Shown: positions 9,451-18,942 of the stretch, piece by piece
Position numbering within the stretch: position 1 is the stretch's first letter
Layout of the letters: the number at the start of each line of letters is the position of its first letter
Notes under the pieces: model-generated
The model's input: the letters and a program-made list of their open reading frames with translations, nothing else
The model's database searches: none
What the model was told of the DNA's origin: nothing
From: Polyangiaceae bacterium
GTDB taxonomy: Bacteria; Myxococcota_A; Polyangia; Polyangiales; Polyangiaceae
DNA: 34,182 nucleotides
Assembly: GCA_035063585.1 (NCBI GenBank)
Contig: JAPSGB010000046.1
Coordinates: forward strand, 1 to 34,182
Direction: 5' to 3'
Made by a program: the position numbers and the translations under genes

Positions 9451-12216
9451 GTGACGCGTCCCCGCTACATCGTCGGGCTCGATCTCGGGACCACTCACAC
9501 CGTGGTCGCGTGGACGGAGCGCGAACACCCGAGAACGCCGGAGGTCCTCGCGCTCCCCCAGCTCGTTACGCCGAGCGAGTCGCAGGCACGTCCGCTCTTG
9601 CCGTCACTCCTCTATGCGCCGCTCCCCGGCGAGGTCGTCGCCGATCCCTGGGGAGACGCGCCGTGGGTGCTCGGGGAGCTCGCGCGGCGACGCGGACGAG
9701 AGGTCCCCGGGCGCCTGGTCGCGTCGCCGAAGAGCTGGCTCAGCCACGCCGCGGTCGAGCGGCGCGCGCCCATCTTGCCCTGGGGCGCGGACGCGGAGGA
9801 CGCCGCGCTGCCGCGGCTGTCACCGGTCGAGGCGAGCTCGCGGCTGCTCACGCACGTTCGGCGAGCCTGGAACGAGCGATTTCCCGCCGACCCACTCGAG
9901 GCCCAAGAACTCGTAATCACGGTGCCAGCCTCGTTCGACCAAGCGGCACGCGAGCTCACGATCGAGGCGGCCGGGCTCGCGGGGCTCGAGGCGCGGCTGC
10001 TCGAAGAGCCGCAGGCGGCCTTCTACGATTTGCTCGGAGGCGCGGGCGCGAAGCGCGCGCTCGCGGCGCTCGAGGGCGAGTCGGGCGCGGCGCTGGTGCT
10101 CGTGTGCGACGTCGGCGGCGGCACCACCGATCTCAGCCTGATCCGCGTGCGCGGAGGCGAAGCGGCGCTCGAGCTCGAGCGCGTCGCGGTGGGACGCCAC
10201 CTCCTGGTCGGCGGCGACAACATGGATCTCGCGCTCGCACTCCGCGCCGAAGCACGCCTCGTCGAGCGCCCGGCCCGGCTCGACCCGCGCGGGTTCGGCC
10301 AGCTCGTGCTCGCGTGCCGCGACGCGAAAGAACGGCTGCTCTCGGAGGGAGCGCCCGACGAGGCGCGCGTGACGGTGCTCGGGCAGGGTTCGAAGCTCGT
10401 AGGCTCCGCGCTCACGACCACCCTCACTCGACGTGAGGTCGAGGAGCTGGTCCTCGATGGGTTCTTCCCGGAGGTCAGCCGCGACGCGCGCCCCGAGCGG
10501 CGCGGGCGCGCAGGCTTGGTCGCAGTCGGGCTACCCTATGAGCACGATCCGGCGATCACGCGCCACATCGCCGAGTTCTTCGCGCGGCACGCGCCCGGCG
10601 AGCGCGCTCCGAGCGCGGTGCTCCTGAACGGCGGCCCATTCCGCTCCGAGCGGGTCGCGTCCCGGCTGCTCGCGACGCTCGCGTCGTGGGGAAGCCTCGC
10701 GCCGGCGCGACTCCCATCGAGCGATCCGGACCTCGCGGTGGCGCGGGGAGCGGTCGTGTTCGGCGCGGCGCTCGCCGGGCACGGGCTCCGCATCGGGGGC
10801 GGCGCCCCGCAAGGATACTACGTCGGGATCGACGCGAGCGGCGAGCGCGAGCGCGCGGTCTGCGTCGTGCCGCGGGGAGCACGAGAGGGCGAGCGACATC
10901 GCGCCCACGCGCGGTCGCTCGCGCTCGCGCTCGGGCGGCCCGTGCGCTTCGAGCTCTTCGCTTCATCGAATGACGCCGTACACTCGCCCGGTCAGCTGAT
11001 CACCATCGAGCCCGACGAGTTCGAACGGCTGCCCCCGGTCGCGACGACCATCGGGCTCGATGGGACCGAGGATGGCGAGCTCGGCGTGGTGCTCGAGGGT
11101 GAGCTCAGCGCGATCGGCACCCTCGAGCTCTACTGCGTCGAGAGTGAGCCCGGGCCGCGCGAGCCGCGACGCTTCCGGCTCGCGTTCGATCTGCGAGGCG
11201 CGGCTGGCTCGCCGCGCGCGGCGCAGCGCTCGGAGCAGCCACGCCGCGCGGCGCGGGGCCTCGATGAGGCGCTCGAGGCCGTGGAGCGCGTCTTCGGCAA
11301 GAGCCGCGCCGACGCCAAGCTCCGAGAGGTCAAAGACCTCCACCGTGAGCTCGAGCGGCTGCTCGGGGAGCGCGGCGAGTGGTCCGTCGAGGTGCTGCGC
11401 GCGCTGTTCGACGCGCTGGGGCCCAAGCACGCGGCGCGACGGCGCTCGGCCGATCACGAGCGGGTCTGGTGGATGCTCGCGGGCTATTGCCTCCGGCCGG
11501 GTTACGGTCAGCCGCTCGACGCGAAGCGGCTGACCCTCATCGCGCCGCTGTGGGAGCAGGGCGTCGCGTTCCCGTCGGAGATGCGAAATTGGCAGCAATT
11601 CTTCATCGCGTGGCGACGGGTCGCCGGCGGCCTCGAAGAGCCGCTGTCGGTCAGGATCCGCGACCGCCTCGACCCGTTCCTCGCGCCGCTCGAGGAGAAG
11701 CTCAAGAAGCCCAAGGGGTTCAAGCCGCTCTCGAGCGACGAGCTCATCGAGCTCGCGTCGTCGCTCGAGCGGATCCCGGCCGAGCGACGCGCCGCCCTCG
11801 GCCGCTGGCTGCTCGAACGTACCTGGACGGATCGGAACCCCAGGCTCTGGGCGGCGATCGGCCGAGTCGGCGCGCGGATCCCCACCTACGCGAGCGTCCA
11901 CCATGTCGTACCGCGTTCCACGGTCGAGAACTGGTTGGACCACCTGCTCCGCGAGCGCTGGGAGCAAATGCCAGAGGCACCCCTCACGGCGGTCCGGCTC
12001 GCGCGATTTACGGGAGATCGGGCCCGAGACGTCTCGGAGACCGTGCGGGCGCACGTCTTACGCCGGCTCGAGCGAGCAGGGATCCCCTTGGAACAAGCAC
12101 GCCTGGTGAGCGAGGTGGTCCCGGTCGCGGACGCCGAGCGCGCAGACTTCTTCGGTGACAGCCTGCCGGTCGGCCTGCGTCTGCTCCCATCGAGCGTGCT
12201 GGAATCCGGCGGCTAG
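9451..12216 (+). CDS. Hsp70-family protein with C-terminal DUF3731-like domain
   Basis: Same Hsp70 ATPase motifs as 6782-8608, plus a C-terminal extension (RRRSADHERVWWMLAGYCLRPGYG...WRRVAGGL...WAAIGRVGARIP...RFTGDRARD). GTG start at 9451. Confidence 0.88.
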   Translation: MTRPRYIVGLDLGTTHTVVAWTEREHPRTPEVLALPQLVTPSESQARPLLPSLLYAPLPGEVVADPWGDAPWVLGELARRRGREVPGRLVASPKSWLSHAAVERRAPILPWGADAEDAALPRLSPVEASSRLLTHVRRAWNERFPADPLEAQELVITVPASFDQAARELTIEAAGLAGLEARLLEEPQAAFYDLLGGAGAKRALAALEGESGAALVLVCDVGGGTTDLSLIRVRGGEAALELERVAVGRHLLVGGDNMDLALALRAEARLVERPARLDPRGFGQLVLACRDAKERLLSEGAPDEARVTVLGQGSKLVGSALTTTLTRREVEELVLDGFFPEVSRDARPERRGRAGLVAVGLPYEHDPAITRHIAEFFARHAPGERAPSAVLLNGGPFRSERVASRLLATLASWGSLAPARLPSSDPDLAVARGAVVFGAALAGHGLRIGGGAPQGYYVGIDASGERERAVCVVPRGAREGERHRAHARSLALALGRPVRFELFASSNDAVHSPGQLITIEPDEFERLPPVATTIGLDGTEDGELGVVLEGELSAIGTLELYCVESEPGPREPRRFRLAFDLRGAAGSPRAAQRSEQPRRAARGLDEALEAVERVFGKSRADAKLREVKDLHRELERLLGERGEWSVEVLRALFDALGPKHAARRRSADHERVWWMLAGYCLRPGYGQPLDAKRLTLIAPLWEQGVAFPSEMRNWQQFFIAWRRVAGGLEEPLSVRIRDRLDPFLAPLEEKLKKPKGFKPLSSDELIELASSLERIPAERRAALGRWLLERTWTDRNPRLWAAIGRVGARIPTYASVHHVVPRSTVENWLDHLLRERWEQMPEAPLTAVRLARFTGDRARDVSETVRAHVLRRLERAGIPLEQARLVSEVVPVADAERADFFGDSLPVGLRLLPSSVLESGG

Positions 12217-12249
12217 TTCCCGTAGATTCGCGCGTGGGGGAGAACCATC

Positions 12250-13806
12250 ATGGTCGACGGACTCGGCGACGCTATGACTCGGAATCCTGGGGAGACACTC
12301 GTCGGCGCGACGCTCGACGGTCGCTGGCGCATCGGCGTCGTGATCGGATCGGGCGCGCTCGCGCGGGTCCATCAGGCGCAGGGACCGAACGGCACCGATG
12401 TCGCCGTCTACGTTCTGCACGCGCACCTCGCGGGCGACGAGGAGTTGGCGCGCGAATACCTGAGCGCCGCGCGCAGGCCGACCGCACATCGTGATCTCGT
12501 CAGCTCACTCGCCCACGGACACACCGCCGACGGCGCGCCTTACGTCGTCGGCGAGCTGCTCGTGGGCGAGACGGTCGCGCGGCTACTCGCACGCCGACGA
12601 CGCGGCGTCCCGCCCGCCGAAGCGCTCCGGATCGTGAGCGACGCGCTCGATGCGCTCGAGGCCGCGCACGAGAGCGGGGTCGTTCACGGGGATCTCTCGC
12701 CGGCGCGCCTCTTCGTGTGTGACGACGGTACCGTGAAGCTCATGGGGCTCGGGCTCGCCAAGGCGCGCCAGCGCGCCGGCCGCCGCAGCTCGGGCACCAA
12801 CGCGCTCGAGCCGAGCTACCTCGCCCCTGAGCTCCTGCGCGGCGGCGCCGCGTCGATCAGCGGGGACCTCTGGGCCATGACCGCCATCCTCGTGGCGCTC
12901 CTCACCGGGCCATCGACGTCCCTCGGCGAGACTGCGGGGGAGCGGGGCGCGAGCTGTGCTCCGGCTAGCCTGCACGGGCTGTCGTCGAGCGCGCCCGACG
13001 CCTTGGTACGTCTGGTGGAGAGCGGGCTCGCTCTCGATCCGAGCGCGCGATTCACGTCGGCGCGCGAGCTGCGCGCGGCGGTTCGCCGAGCCGCGCTGGT
13101 CCCCGGAATCGACCGGCTGCGAAGCCTCTGCGAACGCACCCCGACGAAGCGCGGCTCGGCGCCCACCGCGGCGCCGAGCGCGTCCACCCCTCCGAGCGCC
13201 TCCGCGCCACACCCGGGCGCGCCCTCGCAGGCGGACGACCTCGGATCGGCGCCCACTCAGAAGCTACGCGGGCTGGCCCCGACCTTGCCCGCGGTTCCGG
13301 CCCAGCGGGCGCCTTCCCGCCGCCCCTCGGCCGACGACGTAGATGCGCTCGTGAGCGGGCTGAGAGCGGCGTTTCGCGCGCTCGAGGAGGCCGTACGCGC
13401 GCGCGCGAACGGCGAGCAGGATGCCGCGCCCGAGGCTCGCGCGACCATCGCGCTCCTACTCGAGGCGTTCCAGGCGCTACCCTCGGCGTCCACGGAGCCG
13501 ATCGGCTGGAGCGTCACGCAACGGAGCTTCGTCCTCGCCGGCAGGAACGTGTGGGAGCCGAGCGACGCGCTCGCGTGGGTTCCGGCAGAGCTCTTCACCG
13601 CCGGGGTACGGCGAGTGGAGTTCAAGCGCGGGGTCGACGCGGCAGAGCTCGGTCGGCTGATCGATGCGCTTCAGCCCGGCGCCACCAAGGCAGACCGCGC
13701 GGGCGGCGATCTCGCGACGCTCATCCGCGTCGAGGCGTTCCCGCATTTCGTCGCCCACTTGGCGGACGCCTTCAGCTCTCGTATACCGTCCCGACCCGGT
13801 TCGTGA
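12250..13806 (+). CDS. Ser/Thr protein kinase-fold protein, probable pseudokinase
   Basis: IGSGALARVH, VAVYVL, HGDLSPARL, VKLMGLG, YLAPE and DLWAM. Kinase fold with catalytic motifs substituted. GGAG upstream of the ATG. Confidence 0.85.
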   Translation: MVDGLGDAMTRNPGETLVGATLDGRWRIGVVIGSGALARVHQAQGPNGTDVAVYVLHAHLAGDEELAREYLSAARRPTAHRDLVSSLAHGHTADGAPYVVGELLVGETVARLLARRRRGVPPAEALRIVSDALDALEAAHESGVVHGDLSPARLFVCDDGTVKLMGLGLAKARQRAGRRSSGTNALEPSYLAPELLRGGAASISGDLWAMTAILVALLTGPSTSLGETAGERGASCAPASLHGLSSSAPDALVRLVESGLALDPSARFTSARELRAAVRRAALVPGIDRLRSLCERTPTKRGSAPTAAPSASTPPSASAPHPGAPSQADDLGSAPTQKLRGLAPTLPAVPAQRAPSRRPSADDVDALVSGLRAAFRALEEAVRARANGEQDAAPEARATIALLLEAFQALPSASTEPIGWSVTQRSFVLAGRNVWEPSDALAWVPAELFTAGVRRVEFKRGVDAAELGRLIDALQPGATKADRAGGDLATLIRVEAFPHFVAHLADAFSSRIPSRPGS

Positions 13807-13831
13807 GCTGCACGGCCGGCCCAGCCTCGAG

Positions 13832-14611
13832 ATGCCGGATAGAGAGCCGATCATCATCGTCGGGATGGGGGAGCTCGGCGGCGTGCTCGCGCGCGGCCTG
13901 CTCCGCCTCGGACACCCGGTGTTCCCGGTGCTCCGCGACACCCCGCGCGCGGAGCTTGCCGAGCGCGTCGCTCCGGCGCTCGTGATCGTGGCGGTCGGTG
14001 AGGCGGAGCTCGACGCCGCGCTCGCCTCGACCCCTGCGAGGTGGAAGGACCGGCTCGTCTTGCTCCAAAACGAGCTCGTGCCCGCGACGTGGCAAAGCCA
14101 CGCGCTCGCCGAGCTCGGCGTGCTCGTCGTGTGGTTCGAGAAGAAGCCGGGCTTCGAGCCGCGGGTCCTACTGCCGAGCGTGGCCTGGGGCCGCGGCGCC
14201 GCGACCCTGGTCAACGCGCTCGCACGGCTCGGGATCCCGGCGCGAGTGGTCACCGAGCGCGAAGCGCTCGTCACCGAGCTGATCGTCAAGAACCTCTACA
14301 TCCTCGTCACCAACATCGCCGGCCTCCGCGTGGGCGGCACCGTCGCCGAGCTATGGAGTGAGCACCGTGAGCTCGCGCTCGCCGTCGCCGCGGACGTGCT
14401 CGCGGTCCAGGCGCGGCTCACCGACCGAGCGCTCTCGGCCGAAGCGCTCATCCCGCGGCTCCGCGAGGCCATCGACGCGGATCCAGCACACCGCTGCGCC
14501 GGCCGCTCCGCGCCCGCGAGGCTCGCGCGCGCGCTCACGCACGCGGCGCGCTTCGGTATCGCCGTCCCCGCGCTCCGCGCCATCGCCGAAGAGCAAGCGA
14601 GCACCTCATGA
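13832..14611 (+). CDS. NAD(P)-binding Rossmann-fold protein, ketopantoate-reductase-like
   Basis: IIIVGMGELG dinucleotide-binding motif, LLQNEL (compare PanE LQNG) and KNLYILVTN. Confidence 0.65.
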   Translation: MPDREPIIIVGMGELGGVLARGLLRLGHPVFPVLRDTPRAELAERVAPALVIVAVGEAELDAALASTPARWKDRLVLLQNELVPATWQSHALAELGVLVVWFEKKPGFEPRVLLPSVAWGRGAATLVNALARLGIPARVVTEREALVTELIVKNLYILVTNIAGLRVGGTVAELWSEHRELALAVAADVLAVQARLTDRALSAEALIPRLREAIDADPAHRCAGRSAPARLARALTHAARFGIAVPALRAIAEEQASTS

Positions 14612-15207
14612 GCGAGCACGATGCCTGGCTGATCGATCTCGACGGGACGCTCTACCACGCGTCGCCCGTGAAGCTGATGATGGCGGCCGAGCTGGCGCTC
14701 TCCGGCTGGACCGCGCTCCGCACGCTCCGCGCGTTTCGCCGCGAGCACGAGCGGCTCCGCGAGGACCCCGACGACGCTGCCGGCAGCCCCTTCGCGCGGC
14801 AGCTCGAGCGCACCGCGCGGGGGCTCGGGCTCCCCATCGAGCAGGTGGAGGCGCGGGTGGAGACGTGGATGATCCGCCGCCCCGGAAAATGGATCCGTCT
14901 CTTTCGCCGTGGCTCCTTGCTCGACGAGATCGCGGCCTTCAAGGCGCGTGGGGGGCGCACCGCCCTGGTCAGCGACTATCCGGCACGGGTGAAGCTCGCC
15001 GCGCTCGGCGCGACCGAGCTGTTCGAGGTGGTGATCGCGAGCGGCGAGGAGCTCGGCCCGCAGCGGCTCAAGCCGGCTCCCGACGGCTACCTCGCCGCGG
15101 CTCGTGAGCTCCACGTCGAGCCGGCGCGGTGCCTGGTCATCGGTGATCGCGCGGACGCCGACGGCCTCGCGGCAGAGCACGCCGGCATGGCGTTTCGGCA
15201 CGTGTGA
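14608..15207 (+). CDS. HAD-family hydrolase
   Basis: DLDGTL motif I, LVSD motif II, KPAPDGY and IGDRADAD motifs III/IV. ATGA overlap with the upstream gene. Confidence 0.9.
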   Translation: MSEHDAWLIDLDGTLYHASPVKLMMAAELALSGWTALRTLRAFRREHERLREDPDDAAGSPFARQLERTARGLGLPIEQVEARVETWMIRRPGKWIRLFRRGSLLDEIAAFKARGGRTALVSDYPARVKLAALGATELFEVVIASGEELGPQRLKPAPDGYLAAARELHVEPARCLVIGDRADADGLAAEHAGMAFRHV

Positions 15208-15261
15208 GCGCGCGCCGCCGGCGACCCGCGCGGGCGCAGGCTCTCGGCGCAGGGAGGCTCC

Positions 15262-17397
15262 TCAGGCGGCGCAGCCGTGGAGCTTCGAGCTCCACACGGT
15301 AACCCGGTTCCGGCCGCCCCGCTTCGAGACGTAGAGCGCCTCGTCGGTGGCCTTGAAGAGCGCGTCCCAGTCGCGCCCCGCGACGGGGAACGGCGCGACG
15401 CCTACCGAGCAGGTCACCGAGAGCGGTCCACGATCGGTGTGGAAGGTGGTGTTCTCGAGCTCGACGCGGATGCGCTCGGCGAGCTGCGTCGCGCCGCGCG
15501 CGTCGGTCTCCTCGCACACCACCACGAATTCCTCTCCGCCGAAGCGCCCGACGACGTCGGTGTCACGCTTCACCCGCCTCAGCACCTCGGCGACCCCTTT
15601 GATCACCACGTCGCCCACGTCATGACCGTAGGTGTCGTTGACCTTCTTGAAGTGATCGATGTCACAAACCAAGAGCGCAAGCGGCCTATTGAAGCGGATG
15701 GCGCTCTTCACCTTCTGCGCGCCCATCTCGAGCAGCGCGCGTTTGTTGAAGAGCCCGGTGAGCCCGTCAGTAGTGGCGAGTTGCTCGAGCCGCTCGAGCA
15801 TCCGCGCGCTCGAGAGCGACACCGCCACGTGGCTCGCCAGCACCTCGAGGGTCGGGCGAACCGCGTCGCCGAACGCGCCGCGCCGGCGCGAGCCGAGCAC
15901 GATGGTGCCAAGCGCGCGATCGTGGACACCGAGCGGGAGCACGAGGAGCGACGCGACGCTCGGTGGCGCGAGGCGGCGCGTGAAGACCACCTGGCGAGCC
16001 GGATCGTAGTCGCCGCGGTAGGGCAGCGGGTGCTTGTTGGCGACCGCCATCGAGACGAGGCCGGTGTTGTGGCGGAACCGACGACCGACCAGCGCCTCGG
16101 TGCCCTCGCCGCTCGCCGCGCAGATCTCGTGCTCGGCCGTGACACGGTCGAACAGGGTCACCACCGCGAAGTCGAAGGACGCGAACTCGCGCGCGCCGTT
16201 CACGCCGATTTCGATGACCTGAGCCTCAGTGGTGGCGGAGGCGAGCTGCTCGGCCGCCCGGTAGAGCTTGCCCTGCTCCAGCTTCGCGCGCTCGAGCTGC
16301 ATGAACACGCGCTCATTTTCGATGGAGCGGGAGAGGAAGTGCGCGGCGGCGATCAGCAACTCTTCCTCGCGGGAGGTGAACGGCTCGCGTGCCTCACGAT
16401 CCACCGCGAGCACCCCGCGCACGTGGCCGTGCTCGACGACGGGCGCGGCCGAGACGGCGCCGATCGACGGCTGGACCGCGTACCAAGGGACATGATGGCC
16501 GGCCTTGGCGCCGTCGATGCTCACCGGCTCCGCACGCGCCAGCACCGCGCCGAAGATACCGTCACGCGCCGCAAACGGGCCCGGCGAGATCGCGTCGTAC
16601 TCGGTGGAGAGCTCCTGAACGTGCAGGCGCTGGCCGGTGACGTCGAGCCCGAGGAGCACGGCGGTGCGGAGGTTCAGCGTGCGACGCAGGAGCTCGAGGG
16701 CGAATTGCAGCGCCTGGTGGATCTCTTCGACGCCCGACTGCAGGAGGCGCTCTTCGTCGCCCGCCCGCGCGGTCCGAGGCTCGGCGGCGCTGGTCGGTGC
16801 TCCGAGCAGCCGGTACGAGCGCGCGGCGTCCTTCATCCGCTGGATCTCGCCGTCGATTCGTAGCCGCGAGAGACGGCGGACCCGGGCGATCTCCGCGCGG
16901 AACATCACCATGTTCAGAAACGCGAACACGCCGATGAGCGCGGCGTGCGGCCAGAGCGCGGCCAGCTCGTGCCGCCCGAGGGCCACTGTCTGCAGCGCGG
17001 TCTCGAGCATCACGGCAAAACCCATGCTCACTATGGCAGCCACCGGCCGGGCGAACCCCGCGGCCAGCATCATGAGGACGTACACGAGCGGGTAGAACGC
17101 GCCGTCGAGGCCACCCGGCGCGAGCAGTACGCCGAGATAGGTGACGACCACCGCGTGGATCAGCACCTCGAGCTCGAGGCGGAGCGTGGACTCCGGAGCC
17201 AGGTGGCGAAGCCGCTTGACGAGACGCGTCACGAACGAGAGGGCGAGCACGGCGACCGCCACGACGTTGATGAAGCGATTCGTCGGACGGCTCGCCCAGT
17301 AGACGAGGTACGCGCCGAGCCCGAACCCGAGCACGGTTCCGCTCGCCCGTGCCATCGCCTGCTGGGCGACATAGGTCGCTCGAACTAGCGGATCCAT
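15262..17397 (-). CDS. Membrane-bound GAF-GAF-GGDEF diguanylate cyclase (DmxA-like architecture)
   Basis: Several N-terminal TM helices, two GAF-like segments, DGLTGLFN, DIDHFKKVNDTYGHDVGD, RDTD I-site, RFGGEEF. Start uncertain (17397 or 17355). Confidence 0.92.
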   Translation of the reverse strand: MDPLVRATYVAQQAMARASGTVLGFGLGAYLVYWASRPTNRFINVVAVAVLALSFVTRLVKRLRHLAPESTLRLELEVLIHAVVVTYLGVLLAPGGLDGAFYPLVYVLMMLAAGFARPVAAIVSMGFAVMLETALQTVALGRHELAALWPHAALIGVFAFLNMVMFRAEIARVRRLSRLRIDGEIQRMKDAARSYRLLGAPTSAAEPRTARAGDEERLLQSGVEEIHQALQFALELLRRTLNLRTAVLLGLDVTGQRLHVQELSTEYDAISPGPFAARDGIFGAVLARAEPVSIDGAKAGHHVPWYAVQPSIGAVSAAPVVEHGHVRGVLAVDREAREPFTSREEELLIAAAHFLSRSIENERVFMQLERAKLEQGKLYRAAEQLASATTEAQVIEIGVNGAREFASFDFAVVTLFDRVTAEHEICAASGEGTEALVGRRFRHNTGLVSMAVANKHPLPYRGDYDPARQVVFTRRLAPPSVASLLVLPLGVHDRALGTIVLGSRRRGAFGDAVRPTLEVLASHVAVSLSSARMLERLEQLATTDGLTGLFNKRALLEMGAQKVKSAIRFNRPLALLVCDIDHFKKVNDTYGHDVGDVVIKGVAEVLRRVKRDTDVVGRFGGEEFVVVCEETDARGATQLAERIRVELENTTFHTDRGPLSVTCSVGVAPFPVAGRDWDALFKATDEALYVSKRGGRNRVTVWSSKLHGCAA

Positions 17398-17475
17398 CGG
17401 ACCTCGACGCCGTACCAGAGCCGGCCGAGCGCGGCCCACTTTCCCGCAGCGGCTTCTCCGGCGCAGACTGGGCGG

Positions 17476-18942
17476 GTGAAGCCAGGGCTGCGCCTACAGA
17501 TCCTGCTGTTGCTCGGGGGGCTGATGCTCCTCGCGTTCGTGCCGTTGTTCTTTGCGGTCGCGACCTACGCGAGCTACACGCTCCAGCAGGTCCGGGACGC
17601 GAGCGCGCGCGCCCTCGGCCGCGCGGTGGCCGGGCATGTGGCCGAGGCGCGGGCGCGCCGCTCGCCCGACCAGCTGCTCAGCCTGCTCGAGGCCGAGATC
17701 GGCACCGAGGGCGTGGAGGCGATCGGGATCTACGACCCGAGCGGCGCGGTGCTGGCCCGCGCGGGCGAGCCGGCGGCGGTGTCCGCGCTGCCGACCCAGG
17801 TCGATCCCGTAACGGAGAGCGTGTCCGAAGTTCAGGCCGACCACGGCCGTGCGCTCGCCATCCGCGTCCCTGACGAGCTCGGAGCGGTGGTGGCCGTGCT
17901 CCGCGCCGACGACCAGGCCGCCCGTACCACACCGCTGGTGCGGCTGGTTGGCCTCTACAGCGGCCTCTTCGCGTTCGTGCTCCTGGTGCTCGCCTATTTC
18001 GCGCTCACCCGCCTGATCGTGAGGCCGCTCGACCGGCTCTCGAGCGCCGCCGAGCGCGTCGCCTCGGGCGCGCGGCACCTCGAGGTCCCGGCGGCGGGGG
18101 CTCGCGAGCTCGTCGAGCTCGGGGCGAGCCTCAAGGTGATGACCGATCGTCTGCTCCGCGAGGAGGAAGCGCTCCGGCGCAAAGTGACGGAGGTGGAAGA
18201 GGCGACCTCACACCTCCGCGAGGCGCAGTCGAGCCTGGTCCGCTCCGAGCGGCTCGCGTCGGTCGGGCGGCTCGCCGCGGGCCTCGCGCACGAGATCGGA
18301 AACCCCATCTCCGCGCTCATCGGAATGCAGGATCTCCTCCTCGATGGCGAGCTCGCGCCCGAGGAGCAGCGCGACTTCATGGTCCGCATGCGAAAAGAAA
18401 CCGAGCGGATCCACACGATTTTGCGGGACCTCCTCCAGTTCGCGCGACCTGGCGCGAACGCTGCGCGAGGCGCGCCGCCCGAGCCCGGAGACGTCGCGAC
18501 GGCCGCCCGTGACACCGCGGCGCTGGTAGCTCCCCAGAGGACCATGCAGGGGGTCGAGCTCGTGCTCGAAATCGCGCCCGTCATGCCGGCGGTGAGGCTC
18601 TCTCACGAGCAGCTGATGCAGGTCGTCTTGAACCTGGTGATGAACGCCGCAGACGCCTGCGGCGAAGGGCACACCATCGTCATCCGAGCCGCTCCCCATG
18701 CCTCCGGGGTTCGCCTCGAGGTGGAGGACGACGGGCCTGGGATCCCTGCCGAGCTGCGAGAGCAGATCTTCGAGCCCTTCGTCACCACCAAGGAGGTCGG
18801 TAAGGGTACCGGGCTCGGGCTGGCGGTGTGCCGCGGCCTCATCGAGTCGGCGGGCGGCACCATCTCACTCGACGCGAGCCGCCCGACGGGTGCGCGCTTC
18901 GTGCTCGAGCTCCCGGCCGCCGACCGCGCCGCGGCTCAGTGA
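17476..18942 (+). CDS. HAMP-domain sensor histidine kinase (NtrB-like HisKA/HATPase)
   Basis: Two TM segments, HAMP (IVRPLDRL), SERLASVGRLAAGLAHEIGNP H-box, NLVMNAADA, DDGPGI, FVTTK..GKGTGLGL. Confidence 0.93.
   Translation: MKPGLRLQILLLLGGLMLLAFVPLFFAVATYASYTLQQVRDASARALGRAVAGHVAEARARRSPDQLLSLLEAEIGTEGVEAIGIYDPSGAVLARAGEPAAVSALPTQVDPVTESVSEVQADHGRALAIRVPDELGAVVAVLRADDQAARTTPLVRLVGLYSGLFAFVLLVLAYFALTRLIVRPLDRLSSAAERVASGARHLEVPAAGARELVELGASLKVMTDRLLREEEALRRKVTEVEEATSHLREAQSSLVRSERLASVGRLAAGLAHEIGNPISALIGMQDLLLDGELAPEEQRDFMVRMRKETERIHTILRDLLQFARPGANAARGAPPEPGDVATAARDTAALVAPQRTMQGVELVLEIAPVMPAVRLSHEQLMQVVLNLVMNAADACGEGHTIVIRAAPHASGVRLEVEDDGPGIPAELREQIFEPFVTTKEVGKGTGLGLAVCRGLIESAGGTISLDASRPTGARFVLELPAADRAAAQ

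Noticed and set aside
15277..16863. Long antisense ORFs (this 528-aa ORF, also 20297-21736, 27181-28662 and 30220-31455)
   Set aside because: They are shadows of well-supported opposite-strand genes, expected in high-GC DNA with few stop codons, and contain no recognisable motifs.
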